Positions 18,129-25,753 of a stretch of 32,000 bases of DNA are shown here, piece by piece; within the stretch, counting starts at the first letter, position 1, and the number at the start of each line of letters is the position of its first letter. The stretch lies in contig AF083031.2 in the NCBI GenBank assembly GCA_000002975.1, positions 60,001-92,000 on the forward strand. Direction: 5' to 3'. A program made the translations under genes and the position numbers. The stretch comes from Guillardia theta nucleomorph (taxonomy: Eukaryota; Protista; Cryptophyta). The notes beneath the pieces were generated by a model. It did no database searches, was not told the origin of the DNA, and saw only the letters and a list, made by a program, of their open reading frames with translations.

Positions 18129-18199
18129 CCATCTTGGCGTAAAGGTAACGCGTTGGTCTTGTAAACCAAAGTTTATCAGTTCGATTCTGATAGTTGGCA
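18128..18199 (+). tRNA. trnT(UGU): tRNA-Thr(UGU), intronless
   Basis: Acceptor GCCATCT/AGTTGGC (one U.U), D arm GCGT/ACGC, anticodon arm TTGGT-CTTGTAA-ACCAA, T arm ATCAG-TTCGATT-CTGAT, discriminator A. Confidence 0.96.
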
Positions 18200-18205
18200 A
18201 AAATC

Positions 18206-18210
18206 TTTTT
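18206..18210 (+). terminator. Probable RNA polymerase III terminator (T5) for the tRNA
   Basis: TTTTT 6 nt downstream of the discriminator. T runs are common in this DNA, so the support is positional only. Confidence 0.55.
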
Positions 18211-18251
18211 GACAAAAAAATGTTTATAAATTTTAATTTAAATTATTTCTG

Positions 18252-18917
18252 ATGAATACAAAAAACGTTATGAACAATGATAACTGGTTACCTGTAACAA
18301 AATTAGGAAGACTTGTAAAACAAAAAAAAATTAAGTCAATTGAAGAGATTTTCTATTTCTCTATTCCTATCAAAGAACATCAGATTATTGATTTTTTAAT
18401 TAAAAACCTAAGCGATGATGTATTAAAAGTTATGCCTGTTCAGAAACAAACAAGAGCAGGACAAAGAACAAAATTTAAAGCTATTGTTGCTGTCGGAAAT
18501 TATGATGGAATATTGGGTTTAGGAGTTAAATCATCTAAAGAAGCAGGTAACGCCATAAAAGGTGCAATAATCACTGCAAAAATGGCAGTAGTCCCAGCCA
18601 AAAAAGGTCATTGGAATATTGATAAAGGAATTCCTTATACGATACCGGTAAAAGTAACTGGAAAATCTGGATCAGTTAGACTTAGGTGTATTCCAGCACC
18701 GAAGGGTTCAGGTATAGTTGCTGGTAAAATTCCTAAAAAATTATTATCAATGGCTGGTTATAAGGATATTTTTACTTCATCGCGAGGTCACACAAGAACA
18801 ATAGGTAATTTTGCAAAAGCGACGTACAATGCAGTGTATTTAAGTTATTGTTTCAATGCTCCTGAATATTGGATAAAACATCGACTAATTAAGAATCCGT
18901 TAGCTGATGTAGAATAA
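18252..18917 (+). CDS. rps2: 40S ribosomal protein S2 (uS5)
   Basis: [55 protein letters not shown]. Confidence 0.98.
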   Translation: MNTKNVMNNDNWLPVTKLGRLVKQKKIKSIEEIFYFSIPIKEHQIIDFLIKNLSDDVLKVMPVQKQTRAGQRTKFKAIVAVGNYDGILGLGVKSSKEAGNAIKGAIITAKMAVVPAKKGHWNIDKGIPYTIPVKVTGKSGSVRLRCIPAPKGSGIVAGKIPKKLLSMAGYKDIFTSSRGHTRTIGNFAKATYNAVYLSYCFNAPEYWIKHRLIKNPLADVE

Positions 18918-18927
18918 TTTACCTACC

Positions 18928-19161
18928 TTATCTTAATTCAATTTTGGAAGGAAGAACCATTATTCTAATATTATTAAATCTTATGGAAAGATTTCCTTTA
19001 AAAAACTTTTGTCCATCAATATCTATATCACTAATATTTGAAACTTTCAAATTCATATTTTTGTCAACATTAACTATAACACCCATTATAATTATATTAT
19101 TTTTTAATTCAATTATTATTTCTTCTCCTTTTAACTGTTTTATAAAATTGTATATTTTCAT
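18928..19161 (-). CDS. snrpD1: snRNP core protein Sm D1 (Lsm2 not excluded)
   Basis: Sm1 motif IELKN....G.I..VD.NMN. Sm2 motif LSIRFNNIR..VLP ~ SmD1 LSIRGNNIRYFILP. Confidence 0.8.
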   Translation of the reverse strand: MKIYNFIKQLKGEEIIIELKNNIIIMGVIVNVDKNMNLKVSNISDIDIDGQKFFKGNLSIRFNNIRIMVLPSKIELR

Positions 19162-19215
19162 AAAATTTTTTTTTAAAATACAATTTTATTATTTTAATAC
19201 TAAATTAATAATTTT

Positions 19216-19959
19216 TTAGTAATTTATTAAATTTGAAGTCCTTACAATACCATTTATTAATACGAAGATTGTTGGATTTATATCATAAATGATAAAATTA
19301 AAAAGTTTTGCACCACTAAAAATTGAATAAAAACGAATATTTTTAGAAAATTTAATTCTATTCTTAAAAATCAAATGAATGAAAAGTAAAAGGAGAGACA
19401 ATTCGAAATAATGAAGAAATGGAGTTTTTGAAAAATTAAAACACATTTTAATGATAAAAAATAAAATTATAATACACCCTTGAGTCATAAAATGTTCTTG
19501 ATTTTTAATGAAAATTTTTTTGAATATTTCAAAAAATGATAAATTGAGATTTTTAATCTGTTTATCGGAATAATCAGATTTTCTATAATTATTAAACTTT
19601 TTTTCAAAGTAGTATTCAAACTTTAGTAATTTACCAACACTATTTTCCAAAAATTCTTTATTTAAATTTAAATCTTTGAAATTTTTTTTTTTAGAATATG
19701 TTTTTGAAGGTTTTTTGATAGGAAAAAAATATAGAAGGTTACTAGCATTTTCAATTTTTTTAAAATATTCAAAGTTTTTTTTTAAAATAAAAATTCTATT
19801 TTCTATCTTTTTTAAGCAAAAATTATCAAAAGGATATCCTGGTAAACATAATGAAATTATATCAGAATGATTTTTATTAAGTGTATTGGAATCTTTGATT
19901 TCAAGAAAATTAAATTTAGAATCAACGTATATTCTAATGTTACTATCATTATTGTACAT
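19216..19959 (-). CDS. Hypothetical protein, 247 aa, hydrophobic C-terminal third
   Basis: Long ORF that tiles the gap. No motif recognised. Confidence 0.7.
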   Translation of the reverse strand: MYNNDSNIRIYVDSKFNFLEIKDSNTLNKNHSDIISLCLPGYPFDNFCLKKIENRIFILKKNFEYFKKIENASNLLYFFPIKKPSKTYSKKKNFKDLNLNKEFLENSVGKLLKFEYYFEKKFNNYRKSDYSDKQIKNLNLSFFEIFKKIFIKNQEHFMTQGCIIILFFIIKMCFNFSKTPFLHYFELSLLLLFIHLIFKNRIKFSKNIRFYSIFSGAKLFNFIIYDINPTIFVLINGIVRTSNLINY

Positions 19960-19973
19960 TTTTAATATATTTA

Positions 19974-20450
19974 ATGAGGGCGAAATTTATCTTATTATAT
20001 ATAATACTATTTAAATATATGGATCCAATATTTCTGATTATCTTAATATCAATTTCAAATTTATGTTTCAATAACTTTAATATAAATGAATATTTTATTG
20101 ATGAATATTTCTACAAATATGAATCAATTAAAAAAAGGCAAAAGGCTATGTTATACTTTTATAAGTTGATTCTAAATTATAAAAAATTAAACATAAATTT
20201 TTATTTAAAATTCGGAGGTAATTTTATTAACTTTTCAAAATGGAATAAGAAGAATGTATTATTTAGATTAGAAAAAGGATTTAAAATCTTAAAAACAAAT
20301 TTAATTAAGCAAAATTTTGTAATAAATCTTGAAGATAAATTTTTATGTAATAGTTTAAATAAAATTGTTAAAAAAGTTATTTTAAAAACAAATGAAAAAT
20401 TATACAATTTATATTATTCAAAAAACAAAATAAATGTAAACTCTTTTTAA
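19974..20450 (+). CDS. Hypothetical protein, up to 158 aa (true start may be the second Met, MDPIF)
   Basis: ORF fills the gap. The first ATG is only 14 nt from the divergent gene's ATG. Confidence 0.6.
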   Translation: MRAKFILLYIILFKYMDPIFLIILISISNLCFNNFNINEYFIDEYFYKYESIKKRQKAMLYFYKLILNYKKLNINFYLKFGGNFINFSKWNKKNVLFRLEKGFKILKTNLIKQNFVINLEDKFLCNSLNKIVKKVILKTNEKLYNLYYSKNKINVNSF

Positions 20451-20596
20451 CATCTAATTTATGTAAATCATGTGTGTATTAAAAAATTTTTATTCAAATA
20501 ATTTATTAAAATTTATTAAATTCTTATAATGATACAGAGAAAGATAGAAAAATACATTAATTATATATATTATAAAATATTTCTATAATAATAGTA

Positions 20597-22369
20597 ATGT
20601 ACAAAACTGATTACCTCAACTTAAGAAATTTATTAAGTGTATATTCTAGATGCAATTTTTTTACAATATTTGTGGATTTAAAAAAAATTTTTAATTTTTT
20701 GATTCAATTATTAAATATTTCTAATTTTTTTTCTGAAAAATTAATTTTGATATTTCAAAATAAATTTCATTTGATTCATTATATAAATAGAATAAATGAA
20801 GAATTACAATTTGAAAAAGAGAATGAAATTAATTTTGAAAAAAATGATAATTATTACAAATCAAAATCATTTAATCTAATGATTTCTCTCTTTGACATAT
20901 TTATAAATGAAGAAAACTTTGGTATTTTGTTCAACTCAAAAAGTATTTTGATTTTTATTTTAGATAATAAGTATATTTTATCAAATTTTAAAATTTGGTT
21001 ATTAAAAAATAATTTTTTATTTAAATTCAATTTAAAAATTTTAATTATAACTACGGAATCTTTTTCAAATCAGTTTAGTTTAAGTTATTTTCAATTTTGT
21101 AATTTCGCAATTGGCAGTAAAATTATTAATTTTCAATTTTATTTGAAAAGAATAATTAAAAATGAATTTTTGAGCATTTCTGATGCTTTAAGTGTTTTTT
21201 TTAATGTAAAAAAAGATGGATTAATTTTGATTTTAATAAATTTTAAATTTGACATTAATGAACTAATAAATAGTATATACCATATCTCAAAAATTAAAAA
21301 GAAAAAAATTTTTTTTTTCCCAATCATAAATTTTATAATGCCCGATTTTGTCTTAAATAAAATTATAAGATTAAGAAAAAATTATATTAAAGTTTTAATT
21401 TGTCGAGAAACTTATAGTAAAAATTTTAGTTTAATTTTTGATTTAATCGTAGAACTTTTTAAATCTAATGAAAAATATTTTAAAAAAATCAACTATAAAA
21501 CTCATGAAAATTTATTAAATACTAAAAACAAATTTTTAAAATTTAATCTCATAACCTTTAAAACTTATACTAAGTGGACATTGAGAAATGAATTAAAAGG
21601 TAAAATTTCTATTATTACAGAAACCTTTGATTTAAAAAATCTTCTTTTACTTCTAAATTTGAATTCATCAAAAAACACTCTTGTATATTTATCTAGTATA
21701 AGTATAAATTATCATAGTGTTCTTATACATATAAAGAATCTATATTTACTAGGTACTGTCGATAAATTCTTAAATATTACATATATAGGAAAAAAAATAA
21801 TATCTTTAAATATTTCATTATTTCTGGGAAAAACTATTATTTTAAGTAGAATATTCGAGTGCAGTAAAGAAACAATTATAATTACTTCAATTCTTTTTTT
21901 ATCAAGAGAGGTGATTGGAATTTTATTCAAAAAATTTTCTAAATTGATAAATATTATTAAAAGCGAACATCTCGCTTGTATTGATATATTTAAAATTTTA
22001 AAATATAATTTTATAAATGGGAAATCAAATGATCTTTTTTTTCTTAGTGTATTAAAAAAATTAATTACAATGATTAAAATTTTTGAACATAAAATCAAAT
22101 GCAATTATAAAAATATTAGATTTCGTTTGTCTAAAAAAAAAAGAATCATGAAATGTTTATTCGGAGGTTTTTTTTTGAATTCATTCTACAAAACAAAACA
22201 AAGATTTTTCAAAATGATTTTTGAAATAAACTTTACTAGATTAGAGCCATGTAGTTATCTATGCGTGAAAAGTCTAAAAGAAAAAAAAATATTATTTTTT
22301 AGTTTTTACAGAAAAACCAATATTATAGAAGCATATATAATATCTTTTATTCATTGTATTGATTTTTAG
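20597..22369 (+). CDS. Degenerate DEAH-box RNA helicase-like protein (Prp2/16/22/43 family C-terminal domains)
   Basis: HA2-like LYLLGTVD..LNITYIGKKI.......LGKTII.S..F.CS.E.I.I.SIL, then SEHL and I.KCL.GGFF.N. No GxxGSGKT, DEAH, SAT or QRxGRAGR motif. Confidence 0.8.
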   Translation: MYKTDYLNLRNLLSVYSRCNFFTIFVDLKKIFNFLIQLLNISNFFSEKLILIFQNKFHLIHYINRINEELQFEKENEINFEKNDNYYKSKSFNLMISLFDIFINEENFGILFNSKSILIFILDNKYILSNFKIWLLKNNFLFKFNLKILIITTESFSNQFSLSYFQFCNFAIGSKIINFQFYLKRIIKNEFLSISDALSVFFNVKKDGLILILINFKFDINELINSIYHISKIKKKKIFFFPIINFIMPDFVLNKIIRLRKNYIKVLICRETYSKNFSLIFDLIVELFKSNEKYFKKINYKTHENLLNTKNKFLKFNLITFKTYTKWTLRNELKGKISIITETFDLKNLLLLLNLNSSKNTLVYLSSISINYHSVLIHIKNLYLLGTVDKFLNITYIGKKIISLNISLFLGKTIILSRIFECSKETIIITSILFLSREVIGILFKKFSKLINIIKSEHLACIDIFKILKYNFINGKSNDLFFLSVLKKLITMIKIFEHKIKCNYKNIRFRLSKKKRIMKCLFGGFFLNSFYKTKQRFFKMIFEINFTRLEPCSYLCVKSLKEKKILFFSFYRKTNIIEAYIISFIHCIDF

Positions 22370-22407
22370 ACTTTTTATTAATAATCAACAAATTATCTAT
22401 TTAGATT

Positions 22408-23556
22408 ATGTCTAAGAATGATTTTCAAATCACCAGAATGAATGATTTAGTATGTATTGAATTTAATTCAAATGGGATTTCAAGGTTGAGAAAAATATCC
22501 AGAAAAAAAATCATTACAGAATCTAGAACATTTCCTAAAAATTATTTCCAAAAATTATTTGATTTATATTTTGAATATTCATATGCTAAAGAGTTTAAAA
22601 AATTTCCTATAAATTTAATTAATGAAAAAGACAAAAGACAGATAAAAAAATTCTTGGATGATTCGATTCAATTACGAGATATTAGACAAGTAGATCCCTA
22701 TTTTGAATCTAAGCCAACTTTTTGGATTAGAAACAATGCAATACTATTGTCATTAGAACAAATAAGAGCTATTGTTCTATTTAATAAATTATTTCTATTT
22801 GATCCAGATAACCCCAAAGTCCAACGTGCTGGAAAAATAATTTCTGAGAAATTAGAAAAATTTCAAGAAGATTCGGTTGAGGACAGGAAGACTCCTTTTG
22901 AATTTAAAGCTTTAGAGGGTATTTTTGTTAACATATGTATGAATTTGGAAAAAGATTTTTCATATCTTGAACCGACTATCTTAGAAAATCTTGATGATTT
23001 GCCAACAAAATTGACCAGTAGAATGCTTGAAGAACTACGATCTTTTAAACAAAGATTGAGTCAATTTTCAATTAGATCACAGGAGGTTCAACGGATTTTA
23101 CAAGAAACACTAGAAAATGAAAATAATTTACCAAATCACTATTTATCAATTAACAATAATAATAAAAAAATTAAACTCAAAACCACATCAGATTATTATG
23201 CAATTGAAATAATTTCCGAAGGTTTTCTCCAAGTAGTTGAACATTTAACTCATCGTGCTGAATTACTTGACAATGCAATTGATGACACTGAGGATTTGGT
23301 CAATATACGTCTAGATACCATTCGCAATAAAATTTTATTTGTAGAACTTTCACTAAACATTGTAAGCTTGACTTTATCAGCAGGCGGATTGGTTGCAGGG
23401 TTGATGGGTATGAATCTAGGAATTCCGATTTTCAAGGAGGAAAACTCGTCAACAACATTTTTCATTTTAGTAAGTTTCTTAATAATTTTCTCATCATTAA
23501 CTCTATATTTGTGGTTACTGAATTGGTGCAGAATAAAGGGTTTATATAGCATTTGA
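22408..23556 (+). CDS. mrs2: CorA/Mrs2-family Mg2+ transporter
   Basis: LRDIRQVDP, PFEFKALE, IDDTED.VNI.LD..RN, and a GMN signature (GLMGMNL) between two C-terminal TM helices. Confidence 0.95.
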   Translation: MSKNDFQITRMNDLVCIEFNSNGISRLRKISRKKIITESRTFPKNYFQKLFDLYFEYSYAKEFKKFPINLINEKDKRQIKKFLDDSIQLRDIRQVDPYFESKPTFWIRNNAILLSLEQIRAIVLFNKLFLFDPDNPKVQRAGKIISEKLEKFQEDSVEDRKTPFEFKALEGIFVNICMNLEKDFSYLEPTILENLDDLPTKLTSRMLEELRSFKQRLSQFSIRSQEVQRILQETLENENNLPNHYLSINNNNKKIKLKTTSDYYAIEIISEGFLQVVEHLTHRAELLDNAIDDTEDLVNIRLDTIRNKILFVELSLNIVSLTLSAGGLVAGLMGMNLGIPIFKEENSSTTFFILVSFLIIFSSLTLYLWLLNWCRIKGLYSI

Positions 23557-23589
23557 GAAAGAAAATTTCACGTATCATTGTTAATTTAT

Positions 23590-23721
23590 GGTTATACAAG
23601 TATTAGGCATCAAATAACTAAGATTGTAATACCAATGTAAAAACTTAATTTATCTTCTAATATTTACACCAATTTTAAAATAGTATAAGCATGCTTCAAT
23701 TAACAAAATCTTAGTAAGTAA
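23590..23721 (-). ncRNA. Candidate structured ncRNA, U1 snRNA-like (ends approximate)
   Basis: 5' UACUUAC, a closing helix (23707-23715 with 23617-23625) enclosing three hairpins that need G.U pairs on this strand, then an Sm-like UAUUUG. Confidence 0.4.
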
Positions 23722-23840
23722 TTAAAAACAATTTTTAAATTAAAATTTTCAATTCACTAAGCTGTATTATTCACGAGTAATTGAAAATGTATTAACTGAA
23801 ATGAAAACACATAAATTGAAACGTGGATGTTTAAAATATT

Positions 23841-24734
23841 ATGAAATTGAATTGTTCTCAAAGTAAATCCCTTGTCTTCAAGAAATTCAATTTTTTATTT
23901 TCTAAATTTTCCAGGTTGATAGTTGTTAAAATAGAAAATCTTAATTCTGAACAAATAAAAAAATGCAAAAGATTATTAAACAATACTTCAATATTGATTA
24001 CTGGTAAAAATACTTTAATTAAAAAAGTACTCAGAGATAGATTGAAGAACTCAACACTGAGCAACGAAATTTTAACGAAAATTAATGGAAATGTAAGTTT
24101 TATTTTCACAAATGAGGATCCTTTTTTTATCCAAGAAATTTTGAAGAACAACTCTCTACCTACTGCTGCCAAGATTGGTCAAGTTGCACAATCAGATGTT
24201 TACTTAAGCCAGGGATTAACAAATATTTCTCCAGATGGCATTGGTATATTTCAATCATTAAATATACCTACCAAAATTCTTAAAGGACAAATAGAAATTA
24301 TAACAAATTTTAAAGTTTTAGAAAAAGGTAAAAAAATAAATGAAGCAGAAGCTACATTATTACAAAAACTTAATATATTACCCTTTTATAATGAGATTAA
24401 AATCATATCATTTTATGAAAATGGAAAATCATATGATCCCTCAGTGCTTAACTTTAATGAAAGTATGTTCGATAAAAGCTTTAAAGACTGTTTATCTTCA
24501 ATTGAATCATTATTAGAAAAAATATGCTTTCTTCATGAAGATGTGATTAAAAGGTTCATATTAAATACTAAAAGAAATATCAAATTAATATATAATTATA
24601 CAAAATTTCCTTTATTTGATAATCAAATTATGGAGAACAATCGTTTTCAAAATAATATCGTGCTCGATAAAATTACAGAAAAAAATGAAGAAAAATCTTC
24701 GAGCTCGGAATTAGTTTTAGATCTATTTAATTAA
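23841..24734 (+). CDS. rla0: 60S acidic ribosomal protein P0 (uL10)
   Basis: GKNTLIKK, GNVSFIFT, AAKIGQVA, FQSLNIPTKILKGQIEI, EATLLQKLNILPF. Confidence 0.96.
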   Translation: MKLNCSQSKSLVFKKFNFLFSKFSRLIVVKIENLNSEQIKKCKRLLNNTSILITGKNTLIKKVLRDRLKNSTLSNEILTKINGNVSFIFTNEDPFFIQEILKNNSLPTAAKIGQVAQSDVYLSQGLTNISPDGIGIFQSLNIPTKILKGQIEIITNFKVLEKGKKINEAEATLLQKLNILPFYNEIKIISFYENGKSYDPSVLNFNESMFDKSFKDCLSSIESLLEKICFLHEDVIKRFILNTKRNIKLIYNYTKFPLFDNQIMENNRFQNNIVLDKITEKNEEKSSSSELVLDLFN

Positions 24735-24811
24735 ATAATAAATAAATTTTAATATTTATTGAACCGTGGCTTTTTTTGAATAATCATATATTCATATATT
24801 TTAGTTTAAAT

Positions 24812-25480
24812 ATGGTTGTGGTTGAGTACATAGGTACTTTTATTCCAAACAAATTGATTATGTCGGACTCGAGTTATACCCATCTTGGACCTTCTAAGAA
24901 TAAAAAAAAACATTTATCGGTTATTCCAAATCCCAATACAAAATTTAATGATTACGATTTAGGTAAGATGATTTTCCTACTTTTAATACTGTTGAACTCA
25001 ATCAGTATTTTGAGAGTGATGGAGAATCAATTGTATTTTAAAATGTTTTTTTCTAATGAAATGCATTGTCCTGCTTTTGGGAGTTTAAAAAGATGTAGGA
25101 TCATTATAATCTATGCAAAAGTTTCTATCATTTGTTGTGTAATCAATGCAATCTATAGCTACTTAATCATGATCAACTATCATTTTTTCCATAGATTTGC
25201 TCTAAAGTGTTTTGCATATTACGAAAGTCCTTTCTGGTTCTTTGTCGGACTCGAATGGTTCAAATTGTACCATGAAGTATGGAGGTGGACAGATGATACT
25301 GGAGCTTCAGGTGAATTCACAGCTGATGTAATAGAGCGAATAGATGCTAATTTCGGATTATACCTTACAATGAGTGCATTTTCAGCTGCTGAATACCAAA
25401 AGATAGTGTTTTTGGCGCCTTTATTTGTAATTTCGAGGGAAGTCTACGCTTTGGTTTCTAATTTTTTAGATACCGAATAA
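24812..25480 (+). CDS. Four-TM membrane protein with CPxxGSxxRC loop; MARVEL/synaptogyrin-like; paralog of 27233-27700
   Basis: The track start at 24776 is a TTG; ATGs lie at 24812 and 24860. Four hydrophobic segments and HCPAFGSLKRC. Less AT-biased than its neighbours. Confidence 0.75.
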   Translation: MVVVEYIGTFIPNKLIMSDSSYTHLGPSKNKKKHLSVIPNPNTKFNDYDLGKMIFLLLILLNSISILRVMENQLYFKMFFSNEMHCPAFGSLKRCRIIIIYAKVSIICCVINAIYSYLIMINYHFFHRFALKCFAYYESPFWFFVGLEWFKLYHEVWRWTDDTGASGEFTADVIERIDANFGLYLTMSAFSAAEYQKIVFLAPLFVISREVYALVSNFLDTE

Positions 25481-25753
25481 GAAAAATCTACGGTTAGATC
25501 AACAAAGTTTTCAATATAAAAAATCGAATTGTCTATAGATTAAATTGACAAGTTTATAATTGAAGAATATAAGAAGAAACTTTAGGTAAGGAATAACTAT
25601 TTTTCTAAAATTATTAAATGTTTAAATTGAATTCTAGGCTATATATTTTAATCTTTTTAAGTAAAATTATAATCTTGATTATTTAATTTTAATGATTGTA
25701 GATCTATCATATTCTAAAATTCACATGTTGTCTTTGAAAAAAAATGATAGAAA

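Noticed and set aside
20531-20547. GATACAGAGAAAGATAG resembles the U6 snRNA ACAGAGA box region
   Set aside because: The AGC triad and internal stem-loop that must follow are absent; downstream sequence is almost pure A/T.
23567-23827. Telomerase RNA identity for the structured spacer
   Set aside because: Neither strand has a C-rich template able to encode the G/A-rich telomere repeats known from cryptophyte nucleomorphs.
24861-25254. 12-nt GC-rich direct repeat TGTCGGACTCGA at 24861 and 25243
   Set aside because: A single short pair read in different frames, with no flanking similarity; treated as chance.
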